A DNA stretch of 64,000 bases, from the IMG/VR virus record IMGVR_UViG_3300008266_000015; one strand, written 5' to 3'. The position numbers were made by a program, and so were the translations under genes. The DNA is from a virus. The notes below the pieces were generated by a model, which ran no database searches, was not told the DNA's origin, and saw only the letters and a list, made by a program, of their open reading frames with translations. Of this stretch, positions 22,644-32,299 are shown piece by piece. Numbering within the stretch: position 1 is the first letter of the stretch; each line of letters starts with the position of its first letter.

Positions 22644-22929
22644 GTTATGTATAGGGTGTGGAGAACCAATTCATCCAAAACGTTTGGAGATACTCCCAAA
22701 CGCAATCAGATGTGTTGCTTGTTCAACCACTGGTAAAAAAGCAGCAATTACAGTTACTAAAGGTGAGGGAGACCATACCTATAACGAAACTGTTATTATG
22801 GATAGAGAAGAATTTAATAAAATCCAGGAAATGGAATTTAAAATCCATGGTAAACGTAAAGACTCTATCTCACATCCCGATGAGGATGCAAGTGAAGAAG
22901 CAACAGATACAACCCCAATTGCAGAATAA
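22630..22929 (+). CDS. DksA/TraR-type C4 zinc finger protein
   Basis: CIGCGEPIHPKRLEILPNAIRCVAC. Confidence 0.8.
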   Translation: MKMNKLCIGCGEPIHPKRLEILPNAIRCVACSTTGKKAAITVTKGEGDHTYNETVIMDREEFNKIQEMEFKIHGKRKDSISHPDEDASEEATDTTPIAE

Positions 22930-23579
22930 TGGGTAAGAGAAAAGATTTAACCAAAGAACAAATATTGTTGGCGATGCGCAACACGAAATCGAATCGTGCC
23001 GCAGCACGTTACCTAAACTGTTCATACATTCACTACAAAACGTGGGCTAAACGCTACCATGAATTTGAAGGTGGTAGATCGTTGTTTGAAGTGCACTTGA
23101 ACCAACGAGGAGTAGGTATTCCTAAATTCTTAGGTGGAGTACGTGGACGTAAAAGTAAATGGGATATACTAGATGTCATTGAAGGTAGAATATCAGTAAA
23201 CCACTTCAAACCAGGAGAAATTAAAGATAAAATGGTTGATGCTGGACTTTTAAAAGAGGAATGTGATATGTGTGGATTTCAAGAACGCAGAGTAAGAGAT
23301 TATAAAATACCACTTATATTGAATTTTAGAGACAATAACTCTAACCACTACAATTTTGGAAATGTTCGTTTTTTATGTTATAATTGTTATTTTCTAAACA
23401 TTGGAAATATCTTTAACAATCAAGATATTAAACAATTAGAAACACACACTCCAACACGTGGAACTAGTGACGAGATAGATTTTCAATTAGATGATTATCA
23501 ACTAAAACAACTAGAGAAACTAGGATTGTTTCAGCCTCCAAAACCAGATGATGGAAGTGAGTTTATTTCAAGAATTTGA
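22929..23579 (+). CDS. HTH plus HNH-like Zn-finger protein, catalytic His apparently lost
   Basis: SNRAAARYLNCS helix-turn-helix; CDMCG...LILNFRDNN...NVRFLCYNC. Confidence 0.65.
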   Translation: MGKRKDLTKEQILLAMRNTKSNRAAARYLNCSYIHYKTWAKRYHEFEGGRSLFEVHLNQRGVGIPKFLGGVRGRKSKWDILDVIEGRISVNHFKPGEIKDKMVDAGLLKEECDMCGFQERRVRDYKIPLILNFRDNNSNHYNFGNVRFLCYNCYFLNIGNIFNNQDIKQLETHTPTRGTSDEIDFQLDDYQLKQLEKLGLFQPPKPDDGSEFISRI

Positions 23580-23596
23580 AATATTTATAAACAAAA

Positions 23597-24133
23597 ATGA
23601 TTAAATTGAAAGAGATATTAGACGAAATCATATTGGACGATTTGATAAAAAGACCAGATATGATATTAATATCTGAGGAGGTTTCTTCATTTCAAGAATT
23701 AGCAGATCCTGATTTTTCATATAAATACAATGAGATAAAACCAAATGTTTGGAGATTCAATGATAGATTTGGAAATACACTTGAGGTTCAATTCCTCCCA
23801 AATGTTAAAGAATTTGAATCTTATTACATAATGCAAAATACCAAGGGGAAAGAAGTAAAGATATTTGATTATGATACTAATAAAGACTACCTAGATCCCA
23901 CATCATTTCAGGGTGGTTCAGATGAGCATCGTTCAGATACAATATGTAAAATACTATTAGATGAGGTTCTTCCTGAATATCTTCTAAATGAAAAACCTTC
24001 AATTGTGAAACTTCATCCTTTAAATGATTATAGATATAAAATATTTATGAAATGTGCCGAGGTATGTAAAGAAAGACATCCAAATATTGAAATTAAACCT
24101 CTAGGAAGAGATATTTACCTAATAAATAAATAA
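23597..24133 (+). CDS. Hypothetical protein with MIKLKEIL leader
   Basis: 178 aa ORF behind an ATATTTATA motif. Confidence 0.7.
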   Translation: MIKLKEILDEIILDDLIKRPDMILISEEVSSFQELADPDFSYKYNEIKPNVWRFNDRFGNTLEVQFLPNVKEFESYYIMQNTKGKEVKIFDYDTNKDYLDPTSFQGGSDEHRSDTICKILLDEVLPEYLLNEKPSIVKLHPLNDYRYKIFMKCAEVCKERHPNIEIKPLGRDIYLINK

Positions 24134-24135
24134 AA

Positions 24136-24294
24136 ATGGCTAAGCATAAAAAACATGACTCTTTAGTTAAAGACTATGAAGCACAAAAAGCCAAACATTT
24201 AGAAAAACTTGCTTCCCAAATGTTGAAGCAAGATGAAAAAATGCAAAAACTAAAAGAAAAAAATATTAATAACGATTTCCTAAAACTATTTTAA
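24136..24294 (+). CDS. Small basic hypothetical protein (52 aa)
   Basis: Read manually: MAKHKKHDSLVKDYE...FLKLF. Confidence 0.55.
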   Translation: MAKHKKHDSLVKDYEAQKAKHLEKLASQMLKQDEKMQKLKEKNINNDFLKLF

Positions 24295-24298
24295 AAAT

Positions 24299-24604
24299 AT
24301 GAAACCAACAATATTTAAAGTAAACACACTTGAGGAATTTCAGGAAATGGTTGATAAAAAGGACTTTAGTATATCTAAAGCGGTAGTAGATTCAATTTTA
24401 GGGAACTTAAAAACGCGTAAAAAGAATGTTCATATGCTTTCTGTAAAATGTATTGAGGAAAATACTATATTTGATATAACGCTTGAAAAAGTTAATTTTG
24501 CGGATACTTTAAAACAAAACTTAACATATTTTGAAAAACATGAAATGTTTGAAGAATGCGTTAAGATAAATGATGCAATTGCACAGTTAAGTAAGAGTAA
24601 ATAG
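24299..24604 (+). CDS. Hypothetical protein with UVR-like C-terminal helix pair
   Basis: LTYFEKHEMFEECVKINDAI. Confidence 0.6.
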   Translation: MKPTIFKVNTLEEFQEMVDKKDFSISKAVVDSILGNLKTRKKNVHMLSVKCIEENTIFDITLEKVNFADTLKQNLTYFEKHEMFEECVKINDAIAQLSKSK

Positions 24605-24624
24605 CTCGCCATATTTATTATAAA

Positions 24625-24765
24625 ATGGCAAAGACAAAAGAATCCTCTTCAAAACTATTAAGCAAAACAAAAATTAAACGTCCTGGTGTACATAGCAAGA
24701 AAAAAACCAGTTCTCTAAAATCAAGCAAAAATTATAAAAAATTGTATAACGCTCAAGGAAAATGA
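24625..24765 (+). CDS. Small Lys/Ser-rich protein (46 aa, ends YNAQGK)
   Basis: Read manually behind an ATATTTAT motif; resembles small basic Y.GQG-ending proteins of T4-like phages. Confidence 0.6.
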   Translation: MAKTKESSSKLLSKTKIKRPGVHSKKKTSSLKSSKNYKKLYNAQGK

Positions 24766-25106
24766 AAAAATCGGAATTGAAACAAATCATTAAGGAGGAA
24801 ATCACTAAAGCACTAACAGAAATAGAAAATAGTGAAGACTATTCAGATTTAGTTTATAAAGATATGTGGGAGGATTTACTTACATGGGCTAAATCTAATA
24901 GAACTTCTACAAGAAAGGATGCCAAATATCCAAGTTTAAAAAAACAAGAAGAATATTTATTCTCTATTGCACCAACGTATGGTGTTGATGTTAACATGTT
25001 AAAAAAAGCACTAAAACAATACGATGCAATCCATAACAGAACATACGGTATGATTCCTGGTGGACTAACGTGGCAAGAATGGGTTGATGCTAAAATAAGC
25101 AAATAA
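24762..25106 (+). CDS. MKKSELKQIIKEEI-leader protein 1
   Basis: N-terminal leader shared with the next two ORFs. Confidence 0.75.
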   Translation: MKKSELKQIIKEEITKALTEIENSEDYSDLVYKDMWEDLLTWAKSNRTSTRKDAKYPSLKKQEEYLFSIAPTYGVDVNMLKKALKQYDAIHNRTYGMIPGGLTWQEWVDAKISK

Positions 25107-25107
25107 A

Positions 25108-25629
25108 ATGAAAAAATCTGAACTGAAACAGATCATTAAGGAGGAAATTGAAAAAGCACTATCTAGTACCCCATCAATTGAATTAAATACTTCTTTTCTT
25201 CAATCCCAAGATGATTTTGAAAGGGGAGGAGATACAGGATATACGGTATGGAAACCTGAATTTAAAAATGGTTTAAAAGCCAACCAACAAAATTTTAAAT
25301 CCTCAGGTAAACCAGCTATCCCAGTTCAAAGAGTAAAATTTGAAATGATAGATACTATGAGTGATAGAGGGGAAGATATATCTTACATTAATGTTAAGTT
25401 TAAAAAACCATTAAATGAAATCTTTATTGATTTAGATGATTACGATCCTGAAGAATTTGGTGTAGAAGATTTTGAGAAATTTGATGAAATAGTTGATTCT
25501 AAACAAAACCCAACATTACAAGATGTTTCTGGATTAATTGATTTGAAAAATAAAAATCTCAGTTTTTATGGTTGTTATGTTTTAGATATCAAACCAAACG
25601 AGATAGTTAAAATTACAAAAGAAAATTAA
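25108..25629 (+). CDS. MKKSELKQIIKEEI-leader protein 2
   Basis: Shared N-terminal leader. Confidence 0.75.
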   Translation: MKKSELKQIIKEEIEKALSSTPSIELNTSFLQSQDDFERGGDTGYTVWKPEFKNGLKANQQNFKSSGKPAIPVQRVKFEMIDTMSDRGEDISYINVKFKKPLNEIFIDLDDYDPEEFGVEDFEKFDEIVDSKQNPTLQDVSGLIDLKNKNLSFYGCYVLDIKPNEIVKITKEN

Positions 25630-25630
25630 A

Positions 25631-26140
25631 ATGAAAAAATCTGAACTACAACAACTTATCAAAGAGGAAATATTAGCTGAGGTTAAAAAAGATAAATCTG
25701 GTTTACCATTCGCTCTAGCAGCAAATATCGAGAAATACGGTTCACCACGCACCCCAAAAGGAGCTAAGCCAACTGACTTTACTAAAAAACAAGAAAAAAG
25801 TGTAAAGAAAACAGCTGAAAAACTTAAGAAATCTATTTCCGAAAACAAAGACAACTACATGTTTTTCCAAAACCTTAAGACAATTAAAGATGCTGTAGAT
25901 GAAATGTTATCACTTGACCCATCAATGGTGGATATAATTTTATCTGATGGACACGACTGGGCTAACGACCATATTGCAACATCAAAAGACGATGTTGAAG
26001 AGGTTAAAAATTTCCTCACATCTAAAAGAGTCGTAGCAGAAAAACTTAAAGGCGGACAAAAGAAACTAGACGTGGCTGAACCAAAAGGGAAAATCACGGC
26101 TGCGGATTTTAAGGCTCTGCAAGCAATGAAGAAAAAATAG
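25631..26140 (+). CDS. MKKSELQQLIKEEI-leader protein 3
   Basis: Shared leader; DGHDWANDHI and GGQKKLD...GKITAADF modules. Confidence 0.75.
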   Translation: MKKSELQQLIKEEILAEVKKDKSGLPFALAANIEKYGSPRTPKGAKPTDFTKKQEKSVKKTAEKLKKSISENKDNYMFFQNLKTIKDAVDEMLSLDPSMVDIILSDGHDWANDHIATSKDDVEEVKNFLTSKRVVAEKLKGGQKKLDVAEPKGKITAADFKALQAMKKK

Positions 26141-26199
26141 AGGACTAGGAATACAAGTCCTCTTTTCTTATATTTAATCAACTTAAAAAACAAAAGGTT

Positions 26200-26718
26200 A
26201 TGAACGTAATAGAAAATACAGAAATCTTCCCACCACGCAAACGTTTCGTGGATGTTGAAGAAAAATTTACCAAATACATCATTGGTGGTCGTGTATTACC
26301 AGTAACGTACTTTGAAGACCCATCAATTCATTTCACATTAAAAGCAGTATACCAACCAGGAGATAAAAGAACATTTCCTAATGGTGGTTTTGAAGTGTAT
26401 GGTCCTGAGGGTAGTGTGTTTAACTATGAATTAGATCAATTAGTAATGCATCCATTTCATTATAGAATGATGAATTATTTTTCTAAAGCACAAAACATTG
26501 TTAAAGAAAAAGTAACTACAGGTGTAAAAGGTAGACGGGGACGTCCACGTAAAGACCCAAGCGAATTAAAAACGCAAGCAGTGTATGTACCAACTGGTGG
26601 AACGCGTGGACGCAAACCAATGGACCCTGCACTTAAAGCATTGAAAGAAGCTGAAAAAGCAGAACGTGCTTTACTAAGCAATGGAAGACGCGGACGTCCA
26701 AAAAAAGTAGTCTCTTAG
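26200..26718 (+). CDS. Protein with three AT-hook-like motifs
   Basis: RRGRPRK, TRGRKP, RRGRPKK. Confidence 0.75.
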   Translation: MNVIENTEIFPPRKRFVDVEEKFTKYIIGGRVLPVTYFEDPSIHFTLKAVYQPGDKRTFPNGGFEVYGPEGSVFNYELDQLVMHPFHYRMMNYFSKAQNIVKEKVTTGVKGRRGRPRKDPSELKTQAVYVPTGGTRGRKPMDPALKALKEAEKAERALLSNGRRGRPKKVVS

Positions 26719-26726
26719 GAGACTAC
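26707..26726 (+). terminator. Stem-loop
   Basis: GTAGTCTC-TTAG-GAGACTAC perfect hairpin. Confidence 0.55.
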
Positions 26727-26754
26727 ACATATTTATAATAAAATATTTGTTACT

Positions 26755-27267
26755 ATGAAATTTACAAATTCTTGGAAATCATTCAATAAACAACACGATA
26801 AAATTAGAATCGTAGTTCGTATAGCATCTTTAACATTACTCGAAATTAATGTCGATATTTCTTCGAAACTATATAAATTTATCAAAGAGGAAATCCAAAA
26901 CGTTCTAAGCGAAATTGATCCTGTCCAACAAGGATTTGACGCTGCTATGAAAAGAGCAGGTGTTGAACCAAGTGCTAGTGGGAGAAATACCCAACAATCA
27001 GAAGAATGGTTTCAAGGAAGAAGAGCATACGAGGCTGATCTAAAATCGGGTAAACAAACAAAAAACCCATATACTGAACCCGAAAATTTTACTGGTAGAT
27101 CACAAAGAACCGATACATTTGCTGAGCGCAGTAAAAAAGCAAAAGAATGGACATTAGGATACGCAACAGCTATGAAACGCAATCCACCTCCATCTACCCA
27201 ATCCAAACAACCAGATCTTTCTTCATACTATGCAGAGAAAGGATCCGGTGGATACACAGGAGATTAA
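26755..27267 (+). CDS. Hypothetical protein, possible fusion with internal IKEEI leader
   Basis: Internal FIKEEIQNVLSE resembles the MKKSELK leader. Confidence 0.55.
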   Translation: MKFTNSWKSFNKQHDKIRIVVRIASLTLLEINVDISSKLYKFIKEEIQNVLSEIDPVQQGFDAAMKRAGVEPSASGRNTQQSEEWFQGRRAYEADLKSGKQTKNPYTEPENFTGRSQRTDTFAERSKKAKEWTLGYATAMKRNPPPSTQSKQPDLSSYYAEKGSGGYTGD

Positions 27268-27330
27268 AATTTAAATTGAGGGCTTGGGTTACCAAGCTCT
27301 CTTTTGTATATTAAATAAAAATTAAAGGTT

Positions 27331-27624
27331 ATGAGTAAAAGAGGTAGACCAATAGAAACCAAACCAGAGGAACAATCCACTAAATTTACTAGAGAATATA
27401 TCTCCCCAGAAAAAGTAAAACAAGTTTGGACCTATGATCTAAATAAATTTAAAAGAGGCCCTATATCGGTAGATATTCACTATCCAACTAATTATGTCTC
27501 GTTAGAGGAGGAGGAAGAAAAACTTCCTATCTCAAAACGCAAATACCTAAATCCAAATACAGGTAAATGGGTAGCATATCAACGTGCTTGTGCATTAGGT
27601 TTAATTGAAAAGAAAAATAAATAA
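27331..27624 (+). CDS. Hypothetical protein with N-terminal AT-hook
   Basis: MSKRGRP. Confidence 0.65.
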   Translation: MSKRGRPIETKPEEQSTKFTREYISPEKVKQVWTYDLNKFKRGPISVDIHYPTNYVSLEEEEEKLPISKRKYLNPNTGKWVAYQRACALGLIEKKNK

Positions 27625-27627
27625 GTT

Positions 27628-28449
27628 ATGAAAAAAACAGGACAAATGACCACACTGTGGTTAAAAGCAAAAGAACTAATTAAAGAAAACAATCCAGAAA
27701 AAGTAGAACAACTATCTGAACTATTGGAATGGGGTATCTTATGTTTGGCTAAAGCACATTTAGAGGACGGAATTACAGACGACAAAACACTAATGGAAGG
27801 TGTTAAAAAGGAAACCTGGCACGAACGCTTCTGGATTGCAATGGAAAACTATGTTTGGCCTACCTATCCCGACTATGAGGAAAATTGGAAATGTAATTAG
27901 TTATGAGTAAAAAACATAAAATGCTAGATTGGGAGGTTGAAGAACCTCAATACATTGTGTTCAATCAACACGCCCATGTTTTTATTGGTTTAATTAATGG
28001 TTGGCCTAATTTCTCAAACAATATTGAGGATGCTAAACCACTTAAAGGCCAGGAAAAATTCCAAACATTAAAGAGATATTCAAAGATGGATTTAGAACAA
28101 GAATTCATAGATTAGGAATACATTATAAATTTTTGTATATTTAAGAATTATGAGTGAGAAAGAAGGACAAACAGAAAAATTAATCTATGATTTTAATACA
28201 GCAAACTGTTGTGAGGTACAATTACCTAATGAGGAATGGTATCGAGTTACACCTCGTGAGTTTAGATCATCCTCCCGACCACGCCGTATTTTAAAAAAAC
28301 AAGAATATGAGGAATACATTGGTCCAATTTATTATTATGGCACAAACCAAAAAGTAAAAGACAACCAAATATACAAAATAGGATTACTGTTTATTAACGA
28401 AATAGACACAAGAAACTCATCAACAAACAAAAAATATGGTAGAATATGA
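27628..28449 (+). CDS. Three small hypothetical proteins (27628-27900, 27903-28115, 28150-28449)
   Basis: Closely spaced ORFs with A-rich leaders. Confidence 0.6.
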
Positions 28450-28873
28450 AACGTTTATTAAGGATGAATTAAAAAAACATAAAATCAGAGTACATAAATG
28501 GGGAAAATATGATGAAAACGAAACATACTGGGCTTATTTTAATTCAAGAAGAGTATACATACCTGTCCCTGAATGTAGTTATTCATTGCTATTATCATTA
28601 CATGAAATAGGACATCTAGTAATGGGAAACCACATATATGGACATATAGCTGAATACAAAGCGGAAATGTGGGCAATTAAAACCGCATTTGAAAAATTCA
28701 ATATAAAAAATGAGGAATATGAATCTACAGGAAGAAACTATATTTATGAAAATATATTAGAGGATATATTAGTTAGGAAAATGGAGATTGATGAAATTCC
28801 TAAACCAATAATGAAATGGGTAAGAACAACACCAACTAAAATTAGAAAAAGTATAATTAAATATAAACTATGA
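28436..28873 (+). CDS. HExxH zincin-like metallopeptidase domain protein
   Basis: LHEIGH followed by AEYKAE. Confidence 0.6.
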   Translation: MVEYETFIKDELKKHKIRVHKWGKYDENETYWAYFNSRRVYIPVPECSYSLLLSLHEIGHLVMGNHIYGHIAEYKAEMWAIKTAFEKFNIKNEEYESTGRNYIYENILEDILVRKMEIDEIPKPIMKWVRTTPTKIRKSIIKYKL

Positions 28874-29451
28874 AACAATATCAACCATTACAAATCCCAA
28901 ATGATAGCGCCTGGGATAGAAAAACATGGCGTTCATATACACCTATTTGGTTTAATAGATTTATAGAAGGTATTCGAAATATTATTATTTGGATTCCTAC
29001 AATTTATAAAAACAAAGACTGGGACCATCGTTATATCTATGATATACTTGAATTTAAGTTATTACAACAACGTAATTACTTAGTTAAAGCAAATAGACAT
29101 ACAGGTATTCCTGAAACAAACTACTATATTACAATTTGTTTAAATTTAATTCAGCGAATTAAAGATGATTACTACGGATGTGAATATTTTGATTATCATG
29201 AAGTTAATCATGAATTTATTCCAGTTAAAGATGAAAATTTTTCTACATTAGAAACAACAACAGTTTGGGAAAATTATGATGTGTATTTATCTATGTATCC
29301 TTTACAAGTTAAAAAATTATTAAAAAAAGATCCTGAATTGGAAGAGGATAAACATAGATTATGTTTACTTGTAGGTAGAGAAAATGAACAGCGTGCTCAA
29401 TCATTGTTATTTAAAATACTAAATAATAAAATAAACCACTGGTGGGATTAA
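28870..29451 (+). CDS. Hypothetical protein
   Basis: 193 aa; DWD..YI motif and C-terminal WWD. Confidence 0.7.
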   Translation: MKQYQPLQIPNDSAWDRKTWRSYTPIWFNRFIEGIRNIIIWIPTIYKNKDWDHRYIYDILEFKLLQQRNYLVKANRHTGIPETNYYITICLNLIQRIKDDYYGCEYFDYHEVNHEFIPVKDENFSTLETTTVWENYDVYLSMYPLQVKKLLKKDPELEEDKHRLCLLVGRENEQRAQSLLFKILNNKINHWWD

Positions 29452-29475
29452 TAAATAAATTAAAAAATAAAAATT

Positions 29476-29733
29476 ATGCCTTACATTAACGTAGATATTG
29501 ATGATACTGTCCAAGTAAATCTAGATATTAATGATTTTCTTGATAATTGTGATGATGAAGATATTAAAAATATAATCGAGTATTTAAGAGAAGATGGACA
29601 TCTAATATATAAAGATTTAACTGAAAATATAACTGAAATAGATAAATTTTTATTTAAAATAGCAGATGCTCAAATTCAATTAACCACAGAAGAAGAAATA
29701 ATAATTAAAAACATAGCAACTAGACTTGTATAA
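29476..29733 (+). CDS. Acidic hypothetical protein
   Basis: 85 aa ORF. Confidence 0.6.
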   Translation: MPYINVDIDDTVQVNLDINDFLDNCDDEDIKNIIEYLREDGHLIYKDLTENITEIDKFLFKIADAQIQLTTEEEIIIKNIATRLV

Positions 29734-31087
29734 AATTATATTATTAGCTTTATTTACTACCAAACTATATTGCCAAATACCAGGCCCAACAACAAATTGG
29801 TATTTTGGAGTTAATGCTGGCATTACTTTCAATAGTGGTATCCCTATTGCTTTAACAAATGGTGCTTTAATTACAACAGAAGGGGTAGCCACTATATCAG
29901 ATAATTCAGGAAATTTACTTTTTTATACAGATGGAGTTACAGTTTACAACAGAATCCATAATGTAATGACTAATGGAACAGGATTGTTTGGACATGCTTC
30001 TTCTACACAATCCGCCATTATTGTTCAAAAACCAGGTTCAACAAACATATATTATATTTTTACTTCCACTATTGATGCTGGTTCAAATGGAATATGTTAT
30101 TCAATAGTAGACATGAATTTAAGTGCAGGATTTGGAGCAGTTACTATTAAAAACACTTTTTTATATGCTCCCTCTTGTGAAAAACTATGTGCAATTAGAC
30201 ATTGCAACAATGTAGATATTTGGGTAGTATCTCATGACTGGAATTCAAATGTATTTAGAGTATGGTCTGTAAATAGTTTAGGAGTAGGAACCACACAAAT
30301 ATGGTCATCAGCAGGCATTGTCCCAACAGGTATTGTTCAAAGTGCTTATGGTCAATTAAAAGCAAGTTCAGATGGAAAAAAACTAGCCGCATGTTATTAT
30401 GGTTTTACTGGAGGTGGAATTAATAGATTACAAATATATGATTTTAATAATTCCACAGGCGTTGTTTCTAATGCTATTACTTTAGCAACAGATGTTGGTT
30501 TATATGGATGTGAATTTTCTCCTGATAATAAATTATTATATGCCTCTACAAACCAAGGATTGCTACTACAGTTTAATCTATGTTCAACACCCGTCTCTAG
30601 ATACGTTGTTTCAAACAATGGACCATTTATTGGATCGCTTCAAATAGGACCTGATAGAAAAATATATGTTGCTAGAAATCAAACAAGCTTATCAGTAATA
30701 AACAACCCAAATATTGTTGGTGTGGGTTGTGGTTTTTCCGATTTATCCGTTTCATTAGCAGGAAGAGCAGGAAGAATGGGTTTACCTAACTTTGCATCCT
30801 ACTATTCTACTCCACAATTTGTACTTTCAAATCCAACAATAAATTGTACTACTGCTTTATTTAGTGTTCCTCCTAATATAACTAATTGCTCTAATTCAAC
30901 AACTTATACTTACTTATGGAATTTTGGAGATGGAAATATCTCTTCTAATCCAAATCCATCTCACACATATTTATCACCAGGAACTTATATTGTTACTTTA
31001 CAAATAATAGAAACCTGTTTTACAATAACAATAAACAAAACAATAACAATTACAAACGGAATAACAACCTCAGTCTTTACTAACTAA
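29726..31087 (+). CDS. Secreted beta-propeller plus PKD domain protein (Bacteroidota T9SS-cargo type)
   Basis: Signal peptide; NWYFG..AGI.F, LLFYTDG, YGCEFSPD, LQIGPDRKIY, GLPNF; PKD WNFGDG...NPSHTY. Confidence 0.8.
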   Translation: MYKIILLALFTTKLYCQIPGPTTNWYFGVNAGITFNSGIPIALTNGALITTEGVATISDNSGNLLFYTDGVTVYNRIHNVMTNGTGLFGHASSTQSAIIVQKPGSTNIYYIFTSTIDAGSNGICYSIVDMNLSAGFGAVTIKNTFLYAPSCEKLCAIRHCNNVDIWVVSHDWNSNVFRVWSVNSLGVGTTQIWSSAGIVPTGIVQSAYGQLKASSDGKKLAACYYGFTGGGINRLQIYDFNNSTGVVSNAITLATDVGLYGCEFSPDNKLLYASTNQGLLLQFNLCSTPVSRYVVSNNGPFIGSLQIGPDRKIYVARNQTSLSVINNPNIVGVGCGFSDLSVSLAGRAGRMGLPNFASYYSTPQFVLSNPTINCTTALFSVPPNITNCSNSTTYTYLWNFGDGNISSNPNPSHTYLSPGTYIVTLQIIETCFTITINKTITITNGITTSVFTN

Positions 31088-31092
31088 ATTTT

Positions 31093-31659
31093 ATGAAAAA
31101 ATACATCTTTACATTGATTTTAATATTAATTACTTTAATATTATCGGCTCAAGTCCCAACACCAAACCCTGCTAATAATACTTCTAACTGTATAAATGAT
31201 GTTCAAGTATATGGAGATCAAGTAATAGATCCATTAGCTACATATTCATTTACAATTGCTCCTGCTATTCCATTTACCTCTATTTCTAATGGAGATCAAA
31301 TCCAAGTAACATGGACTACACCTGGGGTATACATTATTACAATTACAGAAACAGTGGGAATATGTTCATCAACCTCACAAGCAACTATAAATGTATTGCC
31401 TCCAACTATACCATTGGTTATTACAGATGCAATATGTGTTGGTAATGGAACAATTACTTTAACTTCTACCCCATTAGGTACATCCCCTATATTTAGTGGA
31501 ACAGGAGTAACAGGAAATACATTTGATGCAACTGGTTTAGCCCCAGGAGTATATCCAATTACTTTCACTTCCACTGATGCAAATGGATGCCCAATGACGG
31601 GAAATGGTTCAATTACTATTACTCCTCCACCACCCCCACCAACTATTTTTACTAACTAA
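31093..31659 (+). CDS. Secreted Ig/PKD-like protein
   Basis: Signal peptide; VTWTTPG.Y, TDANGC; Pro-rich C-terminus. Confidence 0.72.
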   Translation: MKKYIFTLILILITLILSAQVPTPNPANNTSNCINDVQVYGDQVIDPLATYSFTIAPAIPFTSISNGDQIQVTWTTPGVYIITITETVGICSSTSQATINVLPPTIPLVITDAICVGNGTITLTSTPLGTSPIFSGTGVTGNTFDATGLAPGVYPITFTSTDANGCPMTGNGSITITPPPPPPTIFTN

Positions 31660-31661
31660 AA

Positions 31662-32267
31662 ATGTTAAATAAAACAATAATCATATTTTTATATATTTTT
31701 GTTTTAAATGTTTTATTAATTAAAGCACAGCCTCAAATAATTAGCTTGTGTGATACCTCTCCTATCTATAAAAAATATTGGATAGAATCAATACCGGGAT
31801 ACGATAATGTTTGGTCTATATATCCTGAGGTAGAATATCAACTTCAACTCGACAATACAATAGTGGTTCAATGGATAAATTCAGGAACATATACTATAGT
31901 TGCTCAATATGTTAGTGAGAATTGTAATAGCAAAAGTGAACTCCAGATACAAATAGAAGAATGTCCTGATGTTTTTATTTATATTCCAAATAGTTTTACC
32001 CCAAATGGAGATAATATAAATGATGTGTTTGAGGCATATGGGATTGGAATAGTTGAATTTAATATGATGGTGTTTAATAGATGGGGAGAACTTATATTTG
32101 AAAGTAATAAAATAGAAAACCATTTAGATGGATTACACATGGGAGGATGGGATGGAATATATAAATTTACATTTTGTCAAGACGATGTATATCTTTATGT
32201 TATAAAATATAAAGGAATTAAAACATCTGAGAGAATAATTTATGGTAAAATATCATTAATAAAATAA
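31662..32267 (+). CDS. Protein with T9SS type B (gliding-motility-associated, CHU_C) C-terminal domain
   Basis: Signal peptide; IYIPNSFTPNGDNINDVF, FNRWGELIFES, GWDG, DVYLYVI, G.ISLIK. Confidence 0.88.
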   Translation: MLNKTIIIFLYIFVLNVLLIKAQPQIISLCDTSPIYKKYWIESIPGYDNVWSIYPEVEYQLQLDNTIVVQWINSGTYTIVAQYVSENCNSKSELQIQIEECPDVFIYIPNSFTPNGDNINDVFEAYGIGIVEFNMMVFNRWGELIFESNKIENHLDGLHMGGWDGIYKFTFCQDDVYLYVIKYKGIKTSERIIYGKISLIK

Positions 32268-32299
32268 AACATTCCCAATATTTATAATAAAATAATTAA

